64,000 bases of DNA from a virus. Taxonomy: Duplodnaviria; Caudoviricetes. This document shows, piece by piece, positions 1 to 9,330 of this stretch. The position numbers were made by a program, and so were the translations under genes. The notes under the pieces are model-generated. The model was given only the letters and a program-made list of their open reading frames with translations. It was not told the DNA's origin and searched no databases. Numbering within the stretch: position 1 is the first letter of the stretch; each line of letters opens with the position of its first letter. The DNA lies in the IMG/VR virus record IMGVR_UViG_3300028805_002025, positions 1 through 64,000 of that record. One strand, 5' to 3'.

Positions 1-125
1 CCAATGAGGAACTTAGGACGAACTTTATCGTCGATTGGCTTTTCAACCACCGTTGCCTCTACTACCTTAGTGCCGGATTTATAGATAACTTTATCGCCCG
101 GCTTTGCATCTGCTACCTTTTTCAT
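1..125 (-). CDS. hypothetical protein, runs off the window edge
   Basis: ATG at 125-123, open frame MKKVADAKPGDKVIYKSG..., TATCTTTG promoter directly upstream. Confidence 0.45.
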   Translation of the reverse strand, partial: MKKVADAKPGDKVIYKSGTKVVEATVVEKPIDDKVRPKFLI

Positions 126-129
126 GGTG

Positions 130-165
130 CAAAGATATAGAAAAAATTTGTAATATACAAGTAAA
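130..165 (-). promoter_or_regulatory. Bacteroidetes sigma-A type promoter (-7 TAnnTTTG, -33 TTG), representative of ~25 copies
   Basis: + strand gtgcaaagatat recurs near 3902, 4236, 6821, 13582, 14444, 14819, 20454, 21168, 23537, 24066, 27624, 28462, 36181, 39253, 44926, 48532, 52497, 54893, 58570, 60907; usually followed ~20 nt later by (c)caaa, upstream of minus-strand units. Confidence 0.85.
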
Positions 166-180
166 TTAAGATTTTTTATA

Positions 181-217
181 AAAAAAAGCACCACAAACGC
201 TAGGCTTGTAGTGCTTT
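181..217 (-). terminator. intrinsic terminator
   Basis: AAGCACTACAAG...TTTGTGGTGCTT hairpin followed by a T run. Confidence 0.7.
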
Positions 218-223
218 ATATTG

Positions 224-526
224 TTAGTCTTCGGTAACAGTTCTAAGGCTGCTAAAGACATGATCGTGACCGTGAACAGCGATTGCTGTGGTCTTATTAT
301 CGAGATCCGGCTCGTTGAATTCAGAGTAGTCAATGTCAAGGGCATTGAGCCTCATCTTCCATTTACGAACATCAGCACTCAAGTAAATAAGGTACTGGTT
401 ATCCCAAGTCTGGCATGGGTGCTCAAGCAACCACTGTGCCACTGCGTGTCCACCTTGTACACATCCGTAAACTGGTCTCAAGCTTTTGTCCACCAGGACA
501 TACAGCTTATTCTTTTTCTTCTCCAT
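224..526 (-). CDS. peptidyl-tRNA hydrolase 2-like protein
   Basis: LYVLVD..L...GCVQGGHA and EPDL...TAIA motifs of the PTH2 family; likely start is MEKKKNK at 526. Confidence 0.65.
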   Translation of the reverse strand: MEKKKNKLYVLVDKSLRPVYGCVQGGHAVAQWLLEHPCQTWDNQYLIYLSADVRKWKMRLNALDIDYSEFNEPDLDNKTTAIAVHGHDHVFSSLRTVTED

Positions 527-830
527 CTGTCGTTGCAAATTGGTTATACTTGTTAATGACTGCATTTTTGAACGAAGGTGCTGCCACCTTGTCAGTCCAA
601 TCACCGCCAGACATACCATACCAACGACCACTAAAGAGCATCTTACGGCAACGAGTCTTAACTTCGTCCTCCAGGTAATTATCACGCTCTTCCCCGGTTA
701 GCCTGTGCTTGAAGATGTAGTACGCCACATAGTCAGCGTGATCCTTCTCACGATCTGACTTAATATACTCCTTAAACTTGAGGTATTGTTCCCTCGTCGT
801 AGTCTCACTTGTAAAAATTTTCTTTTCCAT
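507..830 (-). CDS. hypothetical protein
   Basis: 107-aa ORF overlapping the PTH2-like gene. Confidence 0.7.
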   Translation of the reverse strand: MEKKIFTSETTTREQYLKFKEYIKSDREKDHADYVAYYIFKHRLTGEERDNYLEDEVKTRCRKMLFSGRWYGMSGGDWTDKVAAPSFKNAVINKYNQFATTDGEEKE

Positions 831-895
831 TTTGATGTAATTTTAATTGTTTGTTATTGATTTGTTTTAACTCTCGACTCTCACTAATCTCCCAT

Positions 896-979
896 TCAAG
901 TTAAAATCACATCCGGACCACGAATCTGTCTCAGCTACCAGAACTGGTCAGATACCTACCAAAAACTGTTCTTTTTCAT
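896..979 (-). promoter_or_regulatory. putative leader ORF with two in-frame TAG codons and an IRGP motif
   Basis: reads MKKNSFW*VSDQFW*LRQIRGPDVILT*. Confidence 0.45.
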
Positions 980-1015
980 TGCTGTTTACTTTTTAAATTA
1001 TTATTACTAAAAATC

Positions 1016-1072
1016 GGAATCTGCTTGTCTTCGGCTATTTTCGGTGCTGAATATAAATTGCTGTAAGATTCC
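1016..1072 (-). ncRNA. ACAGCA-stem RNA 1
   Basis: GGAATCT-T-ACAGCAA...AGATTCC terminal stem. Confidence 0.65.
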
Positions 1073-1077
1073 TAGTG

Positions 1078-1150
1078 TAGCGAAAATGGGAGTTGAACCC
1101 ATTGTTGTCACCTTATGAGAGTGCCGTAAGAACCGTTCTACGCTTTCGCT
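1078..1150 (-). tRNA. tRNA-Met/Ile2 (CAT)
   Basis: cloverleaf, anticodon loop CTCATAA. Confidence 0.8.
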
Positions 1151-1159
1151 ATGTTGCAA

Positions 1160-1244
1160 GGGAACTACGATTTGTTGGAATCGAACCAACTGTTCTGTTT
1201 TCAAGACAAAATTACTACCCAAGAGAAACTTGCTGTGAGTTCCC
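1160..1244 (-). ncRNA. ACAGCA-stem RNA 2, with Ser(TGA)-like anticodon arm and T arm
   Basis: GGGAACT-C-ACAGCAA...TTTGT CTTGAAA ACAGA...GTTGG TTCGATT CCAAC...AGTTCCC. Confidence 0.7.
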
Positions 1245-1249
1245 ATAAG

Positions 1250-1322
1250 TGGAGCTGAAGAGAATCGAACTCTCCCACGAACCTTGCAAAGGTCCATCGC
1301 CAGCCTTGGAACATGCAACCCC
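1250..1322 (-). tRNA. tRNA-Ala (TGC)
   Basis: cloverleaf, loop TTTGCAA. Confidence 0.85.
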
Positions 1323-1375
1323 AAATTGTCAGTCAGAAGGAATCGAACCTTCATCATACATCCGTCATGTTGACC

Positions 1376-1702
1376 TTAAAGAATTTCGACGACTTTGCCG
1401 TAGATCTGATTCCTGGATACCCAGCCGTTCATATGTCCGTGATTGTTTCCTATCAGATACTCCTTGTCATTTCTGATCGCATGGATCAAATGCAGGTAGT
1501 GATGTCCTCTCACCTTACATAGAACAATGTCTTTCTTCTTTAGCGTCGTCTCGTCAGTTACAGGCTCACAGATCACTGGTTGCCTGGACTTCAAAATAGG
1601 TGTCATGGAATTACCAATCCCAGTCACCTTACACGTCTCACCTCCTCTGAGGTGATTGCAGGTTTCTTGATTCTCGAACCCGCTGTAACTAAAATCTCTC
1701 AT
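1376..1702 (-). CDS. S24/S26 peptidase-like protein
   Basis: GNSMTP motif followed by DIVLCK...H. Confidence 0.6.
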   Translation of the reverse strand: MRDFSYSGFENQETCNHLRGGETCKVTGIGNSMTPILKSRQPVICEPVTDETTLKKKDIVLCKVRGHHYLHLIHAIRNDKEYLIGNNHGHMNGWVSRNQIYGKVVEIL

Positions 1703-1872
1703 ATGTTATATAAATTAGGTTCGCTTACCTAAAGCAATCGAGACTCTTGCAAGTTACATAGTAGTATCTCCTCATTTCTGGGCGGGGAACTCACTTGTCC
1801 AAGGGATTTATTTTACCCGCTTACCTCCGATTCACACGTGCTCCGCTTTTCTACTATATAAGTCTCAATGTG

Positions 1873-2007
1873 CAGGGCCAGAAGGATTCGAACCTCCGTC
1901 GTTTATCATTTCCTGGATACGTGCTTTGAAGCGTCAACGCTTTCCGAAGTCAGCGTGTATAGTACCAGGTCGTAACAAATTGTTTTAGACCGCTAAACTA
2001 CAACCCT
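1873..2007 (-). ncRNA. tRNA body with a ~80-nt structured insert replacing the anticodon arm
   Basis: acceptor AGGGTTG/TGGCCCT, D arm and T arm intact; insert CCTGG...GCTGACTTCGGAAAGC...CCAGG. Confidence 0.6.
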
Positions 2008-2019
2008 ATAAAAATACAA

Positions 2020-2990
2020 AAAGGCTGAGAATTTGACCTTAATGTTGATGCCTTTATACAACGGTTGGACGTTGCTCTTCACACGCCACCTTACGATGGA
2101 CGTAGACACCATGCACGATAGTTTTGCGAAAACCACCAAACTCTTACTGATTTAAACCTTCCGGTACAGAATCATAACATTCAGTTCACCACCACGCTCT
2201 TGCGGACTCACAGGATGCCTCCTGTTAACGCAGATGACTACTTTTACTCGTTCATCGGATTCCTTGCAAGTCCCCGATGCCTCCATTTTGCAGGAGAGAT
2301 AAGTGCATTTTATCTGCTCAGTGTCGCACACTTTCGCTTTTAATCTTTATTTTAAAAGACGACAGGATTCGAACCTGTAACACTCGGCTTTTGAGGCCAA
2401 TGCTCTACCGTTGAGCTACACTTTCCCAACTAGTGGAAGACGAGGTGCGACCCTTAGCATCCGTGCCTTTTGAGCACAGCCCACTAAATCGCCTTCCTAT
2501 GCCAAGACCACCACAGTCCTGTAGCACTAATACCCATCCTCAGCCTTACGGTTCTTAACGCTTATAGGCTACGCCCTTTCACGTTAAGACGGATGTTTAT
2601 CTGAACCCAACCCGCCAACTGGTGACTATTGAATCGGGAACAACAAGATGATCTATTGTATCGCTACTCAACCAAAGCGGTTAACCTTGGTAGTACGTCG
2701 CACCGTTTTACCTACGGAACTCCGTACCGCATCCTGTTCTTTTCAGTGAAATACCCCGGTTTCCCGGAACATCTGAGTCGGGCTAGTTGACAATCTCCAA
2801 CTCATTTATCCCATCACTGGATTATCCTTATGGCTACGAAAGCTAGCCAGTCTCCTCGTTTTCAGCCGAAGCCTACAACGTGGGAGGTCTTTATGCCAAT
2901 CAGATACTTAGGAAGCCTCGTCACCGTAAGGGTATCTTTTAGTCAACGGACAACTCCCTATCCGTCTATCCCCTAGCCAGTGTGACTGAC
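2020..2990 (-). ncRNA. GOLLD-like large ncRNA with an embedded tRNA-like element
   Basis: ~970 nt without a long ORF, hairpin-rich, inside a tRNA array; CTCAAAAGG and 3' AATTCTCAGCC resemble GOLLD as I recall it; not model-verified. Confidence 0.55.
2354..2425 (-). tRNA. tRNA-like element (CAA loop, weak acceptor stem) inside the GOLLD-like RNA
   Basis: D, anticodon and T arms present; acceptor stem degenerate. Confidence 0.5.
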
Positions 2991-2996
2991 ATGTTG

Positions 2997-3111
2997 TTGA
3001 GAGTGCAGAATTTGCATCTGCGAAGCTTCCGAAGAAGCACATTACTCACGAAAGCAATGCCCAGTTGTCTACATCTGGTACGTGTACCAGTTCTCCTTTG
3101 GTAACTCTCAA
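2997..3111 (-). ncRNA. novel tRNA-shaped RNA, copy A
   Basis: 8-bp acceptor, AGGAGAA-hairpin-ATGTAGACAA D region, long variable arm, TGCAAAT T loop. Confidence 0.75.
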
Positions 3112-3272
3112 ATGTTCTTTTACGCTAAAGAATAACGTATCGATGGCACGATTTGTTTTTTTGTATACAAAGAGTCAATTGCCTCTAAGTAAACTCAATT
3201 CTGTAATTTTAGGAACATTGGCCACTGTTTCCCAAGCATTAACGTGCCCTTCAGCCTTACAGAATAATTTAG

Positions 3273-3384
3273 TTGAAGGAGGTGGATTTGCACACACCGA
3301 AGCTCCGAAGAGCACACTAAGCACGAACTTAGTGCCCATTTGTCTACATCGTCATTACTGACGTTCTCCTCTGGTATCCTTCAA
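3273..3384 (-). ncRNA. novel tRNA-shaped RNA, copy B
   Basis: same architecture with covarying stems. Confidence 0.75.
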
Positions 3385-3388
3385 ATGG

Positions 3389-3501
3389 TTGGAAGAGGCA
3401 GATTTGCACTGCCGAAGCCTCCTTAGAGGCACATTAAGCACGAACTTAATGCCGATTTGTCTACATCCGGATCTCTCCGGTTCTCCTCTCGTATCTTCCA
3501 A
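3389..3501 (-). ncRNA. novel tRNA-shaped RNA, copy C
   Basis: same architecture. Confidence 0.75.
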
Positions 3502-3505
3502 ATTG

Positions 3506-3619
3506 TTGAGAGAGTGGGATTTGCAAACCACGAAGCTACGTTAAGTAGCACAGTATTTACCATACTGCCCATTTGTCTACATCTATCATTGCTGATAGTT
3601 CTCCTCTGGTATCTCTCAA
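3506..3619 (-). ncRNA. novel tRNA-shaped RNA, copy D
   Basis: same architecture; anticodon-position loop GGTAA. Confidence 0.75.
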
Positions 3620-3624
3620 ATGTG

Positions 3625-3698
3625 TAGCGGCACACAGGAGTCGCACCTGGTGTTTTTTGCTTATGAGACAAACGTGTAAACTGTTTCACTCTGCCGCT
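3625..3698 (-). tRNA. tRNA-Met/Ile2 (CAT)
   Basis: TTTGT CTCATAA GCAAA arm. Confidence 0.75.
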
Positions 3699-3808
3699 AT
3701 GTTTAAAACATGTTGTTCGTCCGTATGAAGCTTCATCAACACTCTGCAATCGTTTCAGCAGTCATAGCTTAACAGTGGTACTTGTTATCAACATGTTTAT
3801 ATTTTTAA

Positions 3809-3882
3809 GGAAACGTGCTCCGAATGCGACTTTTTATACAACTTAAAATATTCAAGTAATTTGTATATTGCTGTCCGTTTCC
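3809..3882 (-). ncRNA. ACAGCA-stem RNA 3
   Basis: GGAAACG-G-ACAGCAA...CGTTTCC. Confidence 0.65.
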
Positions 3883-3957
3883 ACTAGTTTTATTTCTTAC
3901 GGTGCAAAGATATATATTTTTTTTCGTAATTCCAAATTTCTGAGGAACTTTTTTTTG

Positions 3958-4215
3958 TTAATCTTCGCTAATTACGCCTTTGACCTTTTTCAACTCGGCT
4001 AGCATTCCATTAAGTTTATCCCCATCGAAAGTGATGTCGTATGACTCCTCCTCGATAACCTGGAGATTGTCCCTCAAGATGCTAACCAGATCTGCCTTCA
4101 GTGCTGCATGATATTTCACACCGACGATCTTCTGAGCTTCTTTCTTGTCGTAACCCGCATCGACCAAGTTCTTATACAAGGTCTGTCTAAATTCACTATC
4201 TAATATCTTGTCCAT
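3958..4215 (-). CDS. hypothetical protein
   Basis: likely start MDKIL, just downstream of a host-type promoter. Confidence 0.65.
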   Translation of the reverse strand: MDKILDSEFRQTLYKNLVDAGYDKKEAQKIVGVKYHAALKADLVSILRDNLQVIEEESYDITFDGDKLNGMLAELKKVKGVISED

Positions 4216-4314
4216 TTTACTTGTTTTGTTTAACAGTGCAAAGATATATATTTTTTTTCGTATTTCCAAATTTCTAAGGAACTTTTTTTTCGAAAAAGTG
4301 AATTTTTTTTATCT

Positions 4315-4675
4315 TGGTGGACCTGGTGGGAGTCGAACCCACGTCCAAACTACCATCCCATAAGAGATTATACAAGCTTTTCAATTTTTGGCAAGAGGTT
4401 TTCTTCCTCAGAACGTTTTATATGTGTCGCCGTCACAGGGGGATGACTGGAAAGGTCATCTTGACCACCACCTCATTTTGAGAAAACGAGGAAAACAAAT
4501 TACCAGGATGTTCTGTTCCTAAGAGCCTGGCCTCTCGGCTTCGCTTACGCTGCTACAGCGTATGCATAAGCAGGAGAGAAATCTATCTCGCCGTTTATAT
4601 TTTTTCGCTATTTCTAGTGTATGCCCACTGCTTGTCTCTTACCAAACGCATAGCTGTCTATTCCGTTTCAAGCCC
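4315..4675 (-). ncRNA. ssrA: tmRNA
   Basis: acceptor GGGCTTG/CAGGTCC with G3.U70, T arm, ACCA end; tag frame GEIDFSPAYAYAVAA* at 4592-4545. Confidence 0.92.
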
Positions 4676-4737
4676 ATTTGTGTAAGATAAATATAATAAT
4701 GTATCAGAATATTCAAAGATCACTTCTTTTTTAAGTG

Positions 4738-4850
4738 TTGAAGGAGCTAGATTTGCACTAGCGAAGCTTCCGAAGAAGCACATCAAGCACGAACTTGATG
4801 CCGATTTGTCTACATCTGGATTGCTCCAGTTCTCCTCTCGTATCCTTCAA
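4738..4850 (-). ncRNA. novel tRNA-shaped RNA, copy E
   Basis: same architecture as copies A-D. Confidence 0.75.
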
Positions 4851-4851
4851 A

Positions 4852-4929
4852 TGGTGTTGGTGGAGGGACTTGAACCCCCGACCTCCTCGGTATCAGCGAG
4901 GTGCTGCTAACCAGCTGAGCTACACCAAC
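4852..4929 (-). tRNA. tRNA-Ile (GAT)
   Basis: loop CTGATAC, encoded CCA. Confidence 0.9.
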
Positions 4930-5038
4930 ATGTTATAGGATCGATTACCCTGTTTGCCGGATTAGGCTATCACCAGCGTTTCAGAAACTTAGGTCTGCGT
5001 TCTCACTCTTAAACTATCGCAGAGCAATCTCCTATTTT

Positions 5039-5602
5039 CTATGTATCATAAGCAGCAATGAACTGCCTCAGTATATCCTTCCTCTTCATAACGCCCGTTG
5101 GGATGCAACGCTTCAACGCTTCTTCGTCGTTGTTCATAATCATATGCCTCACCTTCGTGGCTGAGATATTGTCAGCAATTGTTCCCCTGGCATTCAGTTT
5201 AAAGGAAACAAAGTTCCTTGTGATGAATGGTGGAAACCAGAGCATGATAATCTCGAATCCATCTGAGTAATAGATGGTAAACTCCGGGGATCTGGTGATA
5301 CCGACAATCTTACTATAGAGGTAGAAACCCCAATCGTGAGAGTTGTCAGATTCATCCGTAAGATCATCAAGAGGACGAATGTCTATTCTTCCGGCATCGT
5401 CGCCGAACTTCTCGGTAACAGCCTCCATAGCCATTTCCAACCTCATATTGATGGGGATTGGATTCCTCTTGTTGAGTTTGTCTGCTGATCCTACCAGGAC
5501 GAGTACCTTGTCGTTCTCGTTGAGTGCCTGGTTAATCAACTCCAGATGCCCATTATGTATGGGCTGTAATCTTGCGATTATTACGCCTACTTTTTCTGCC
5601 AT
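5039..5602 (-). CDS. nicotinamide/nicotinate mononucleotide adenylyltransferase (NadM-like)
   Basis: RLQPIHNGH, GSA, NP and ISATKVR motifs; start MAEKVG. Confidence 0.8.
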   Translation of the reverse strand: MAEKVGVIIARLQPIHNGHLELINQALNENDKVLVLVGSADKLNKRNPIPINMRLEMAMEAVTEKFGDDAGRIDIRPLDDLTDESDNSHDWGFYLYSKIVGITRSPEFTIYYSDGFEIIMLWFPPFITRNFVSFKLNARGTIADNISATKVRHMIMNNDEEALKRCIPTGVMKRKDILRQFIAAYDT

Positions 5603-5627
5603 CTTACTTACTTCTTTTTTAAAAATC

Positions 5628-5692
5628 GGAAGCTGTTTTTTTGGATAAATGTTTACAAAAGTCATGTCCTATTACAATTGCTGTAAGCTTCC
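5628..5692 (-). ncRNA. ACAGCA-stem RNA 4
   Basis: GGAAGCT-T-ACAGCAA...AGCTTCC. Confidence 0.65.
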
Positions 5693-5722
5693 TGGTGTGG
5701 GATTCGAACCCACTGTTTCCAG

Positions 5723-5800
5723 TGTATGGTGATGGATTCGAACCATCGTGTAAATACTAGTTTGTAGGACTAGCCCCTTCAACCGCTTGGATAACCATAC
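5723..5800 (-). tRNA. tRNA-Val (TAC)
   Basis: CTAGT CCTACAA ACTAG arm. Confidence 0.8.
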
Positions 5801-5837
5801 ATGGTGCAAGATAGACCTTATAGAATAAATCATCTTG

Positions 5838-6730
5838 CGCTGAGAATTTTAATATGTTTTCTCAAACATCCCACGTTTACTGAACTTGTGGTTCTAAACT
5901 GACCGATTTCCAACAAACCGATGAAAGCTCCGTCTCTTCCGAAGTGCCATCTATGGATCTGTACAAGTCACGTGACCCTTCCGGATGTCTTTTGGACATT
6001 CCTGTGCAGATCTTTCTACGGTTTTCATCCTCCTTCCGAAGTCAGAGTCCTATATTACCCGTATTGTGGGCGTAGTAGGATTTGAACCTACACATTTGCT
6101 CTCCCAAGGAGGAAAGCCCATACCCTCGTATGCGTTACATAACACCCATTTAAAAACTAGGCATCTTCGAAGTGAGCTTATCTGGAATAACTCTATCGGT
6201 AACAGTACATGAGAAAGGCGTGTACAGGGTGTCTTAGCGTTTACCCAGCCAATCTACTTTCGGTGATACCGACTTATCTCTCTATCCATTGAAGGCGGGT
6301 GGAGTAAATCTTGCTACCACGCCAATAAGCAATGCCTAGCTAGTGCTTGCGGAGAGGATTTGAACCTTCTGTTTCAGTTCAGCTGTTGTCAGCCTCTATC
6401 TGCGTTTATACCTATTAAACTTCTCAAGCATTTGGGACCGTTTGTTATTGAAAGTGTGACTCGGCCTTTCAAGGAGACCCGAAGGTTTCTTATGACACGC
6501 TGCTCGTTGGTATCAATGATTCCTACTATTACGGTTCTCTCCTCCCACTTGTAACGTTGGCATGAACTTCCTGTCCACAAATTACTTTCTTTGAACTATT
6601 CTATCTCCCGCCGTATATCGCAGTTGCTTCTATTCCGGTAAAATGTGTCACCGACAGGCTCGATGCCAAGATGCCTTTGTTGGTTATTTCTTAAACCAGC
6701 CACTCACAGTGTCCACGATGGGATCTTTGT
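5838..6730 (-). ncRNA. cluster of unidentified structured RNAs and degenerate tRNA-like elements
   Basis: no convincing ORF; T arms at ~6067-6147 and ~6344-6430; stem-closed unit 6156-6339; repeated ACTTCGGAAG motif. Confidence 0.4.
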
Positions 6731-7378
6731 ATTTGTGACCAAACCAACCGATTGCTATGCAAACTATTGTCTCAATCATTGTCTTTAATTTTAATGTTAA
6801 ACTTCCGTTTCTGAATTACAGTGCAAAGATATATATTTTATTTCGTAATTCCAAATTTTTGAGGAACTTTTTTTGTTAAAAAGTGTTTACTCATCTTCCA
6901 ACTGTTTCATCATATCCCTTTTCAACGTTCTCCTCAACATTGTTTGACCAGCCTTTTTAATCACATGTCCGCAATGCCCAAGACTCTTATGCTTCTTGTT
7001 GCCAGAATGTGTGTTATGGTCTTTCGTTGGATAAGTAAACCCCTGCCTGTATGTCCAAGGCATAACCATATTAAGTAATTTCCATCCAGTCATATCTTCT
7101 GTTCAACTTTCTAATTAATTTCCTCACCATCCTTTTTCCTTCTCTGGTGATTGCCTTTGCTGTCTCCTCGTCGTAAGGTAAAAAATGCGTAATCATATTC
7201 TAAATACAAATTTTTTTAAATATAACATAGAGTCCGCTGTGCTTGAATCTGACACCGTAGATGTCCATCCACCAGGCAAGTCTCTTATGATACAACTCTA
7301 TTGCTTTTTTTCTCGGTTTGACGAAAATCGTCGTACAGACCTCAAAGAGTCTGTTTCTGATAAAAGACTTCGGAACTC

Positions 7379-7591
7379 TCATATTCTCTTATGTTTTACA
7401 ATGTTTTTAATTAAATAAATAGGCCAGAATAACCACAGCCCAAGCAGGAATAAACTGGTTACCCCTCTGTCCGGGATGTCATTATCGACAAGTTCATCAT
7501 ACTCTTTCTTATAGTCCTTAGCGAACCAGTAGAACGCTAGTACGAATCCGATCACGAAATAACTGACCCCAATAATAGTACTAATTTCCAT
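7379..7591 (-). CDS. small membrane protein
   Basis: two hydrophobic segments, FWP motif. Confidence 0.6.
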   Translation of the reverse strand: MEISTIIGVSYFVIGFVLAFYWFAKDYKKEYDELVDNDIPDRGVTSLFLLGLWLFWPIYLIKNIVKHKRI

Positions 7592-7610
7592 AACTCCTCT
7601 GTTTATTAGG

Positions 7611-7684
7611 CAGAGGTGGAGGGACTCGAACCCCCACTAATTCGGTTTTGGAGACCGACTGACTAACCGATTGCCGACACCTCT
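7611..7684 (-). tRNA. tRNA-Trp (CCA)
   Basis: loop CTCCAAA. Confidence 0.88.
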
Positions 7685-7691
7685 ATTACTG

Positions 7692-7779
7692 CTCGCCGGG
7701 TGCGATTCGAACACACGGTAACGTAAAACGCTACGGCAGTTTTGGAGACTGCTGGGTTAAACCACTCCCCCACCGACGA
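7692..7779 (-). tRNA. tRNA-Trp (CCA), long variable arm
   Basis: loop CTCCAAA plus variable-arm hairpin. Confidence 0.8.
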
Positions 7780-7788
7780 ATTTAAATA

Positions 7789-8490
7789 TTATGTTGCCCC
7801 TTCGTATTCAAACCCCTTGTCCTTTACATCTGATACGAACTGCTCGAAGTCACCCATATCGATAGCCAGATCACCAAGGGTACTTACCTTGTTCTTATTG
7901 TTGTTCTCATGTATAATCTGCTTGATTGGGCTACTTTCTTCCTCTGTATTAACATCAGCACAATAGTTTCTTGTTTTCGTATCAATTGCCTTGATGATGT
8001 TTGGGATTCTGAACTCACCGAACATTAGCTTTACCTCGTCAGCATAGTGCTGGGTGAAGAAGTCCTCAGTACAGGTAACGTACAGTGGCTGCTTTGACTG
8101 ACCCCTGCATACCTCTATGCAGTTTGGGATCTTTGTGTGGTATGGGTTTTTCGCTATGCCAATCACTGACAGGTGATGCTCGTATTTCTCTGCGATTGCC
8201 TCCTGTAGCCTCTTTCCAAGACCTGGGACTCTCTCACCCTCGTCGTTCACGACCCAGACGAATCCATCCACTACTATGCTAGATATTGCATCTACGTCTA
8301 TCTTCTCAAGGCACTGCATAATGCAAGGCAGTTCACGCTTATAAAGCTCACCTGGCTTGTACTCAGCATCTATTCCCTTCCTCCGGCTGCATACATAGTA
8401 TTTTACTTTCTCGGATGCCCAAGTTTCAAACACTCCTGCAACTGTATAGGAAAAACCATCGTAATAATATGTATCAAACGCTACTATCAT
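7789..8490 (-). CDS. endonuclease V-like protein
   Basis: AFDTYY, YKPGELYKRELP, VDG, IGIAK motifs. Confidence 0.8.
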   Translation of the reverse strand: MIVAFDTYYYDGFSYTVAGVFETWASEKVKYYVCSRRKGIDAEYKPGELYKRELPCIMQCLEKIDVDAISSIVVDGFVWVVNDEGERVPGLGKRLQEAIAEKYEHHLSVIGIAKNPYHTKIPNCIEVCRGQSKQPLYVTCTEDFFTQHYADEVKLMFGEFRIPNIIKAIDTKTRNYCADVNTEEESSPIKQIIHENNNKNKVSTLGDLAIDMGDFEQFVSDVKDKGFEYEGAT

Positions 8491-8963
8491 AACAGATAAC
8501 TTCTATCATATTTGTCCCACGATAAGGTGATCTTACACCTCTTTGTACACCAACGGCTAATTAAGCAACAACTATCACACGAGTAGTCTGAGTTGACCTC
8601 GAACCTAATAGCGAAGCCAGTATTTGTAAAGGAGTTGTTCACCTTCTCCTGTAGCATACCGACACATTTGTCCTTTACCTTTATGGCTCTTTTCCTAAGA
8701 GGCTTAGGTAAATAGAACTTAACTCTAGTGTTTCTGCCGTCCTCGGAGATAGCATTCTGAACTTTCTCCTTATAGACGGATCTGATGTAGTCAATGATGT
8801 CATTGGCGAGTGCTTCCACACTCTTCTCCATCCTGTCTTTCTCAGCCTTTGCTAGTTTTCTAGCGGTTTCAGCCGTGAAGTCATACATACTACTTTGTTG
8901 CATATCTGAATGGATATTTACAATGTTCACACCTAAATACTTCTCCGTTCTCGTCAATAGCAC
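8487..8963 (-). CDS. hypothetical protein
   Basis: 158-aa ORF; true start may be internal. Confidence 0.6.
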   Translation of the reverse strand: MLLTRTEKYLGVNIVNIHSDMQQSSMYDFTAETARKLAKAEKDRMEKSVEALANDIIDYIRSVYKEKVQNAISEDGRNTRVKFYLPKPLRKRAIKVKDKCVGMLQEKVNNSFTNTGFAIRFEVNSDYSCDSCCLISRWCTKRCKITLSWDKYDRSYLL

Positions 8964-9100
8964 GGGCGATGTTAATCTCCGTGTCCTGGTGACATTTTGG
9001 GCATTTTACTATCATATTTCAAACGTTTTTAGTTACTACTGCGCAAAGATACTGAAAATATTTCAAATATCAAAGGATTTGCTTATTCTTTTAACGTCTT

Positions 9101-9307
9101 TTAATCCTTTTCTCTAGTGAACCACCAGAACCCTACAGAGATCCAAGATCCAAGCGAATCTATCACGATCATAAGCAGGACATTGTAATCACTCGTAGCC
9201 GTATTCGGGTCGATCCTGTTCTTTAAGCACCACTTCTTGAACTCGTCTGTTATCAGAAACAGGGCTACCACAACTCCAACGACGTATATGTACCAAAACA
9301 CATTCAT
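9101..9307 (-). CDS. small membrane protein
   Basis: two hydrophobic segments. Confidence 0.55.
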   Translation of the reverse strand: MNVFWYIYVVGVVVALFLITDEFKKWCLKNRIDPNTATSDYNVLLMIVIDSLGSWISVGFWWFTREKD

Positions 9308-9330
9308 AACACTCTACTTTAATTAATATG

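Noticed and set aside
977-986. A thirteenth ACAGCAA element
   Set aside because: No flanking terminal stem; it is just the context of the leader ATG.
2997-3619. Tandem repeats read as a CRISPR array
   Set aside because: The units are ~113-nt structured RNAs with covarying stems, not identical repeats with unique spacers, and no cas genes are present.
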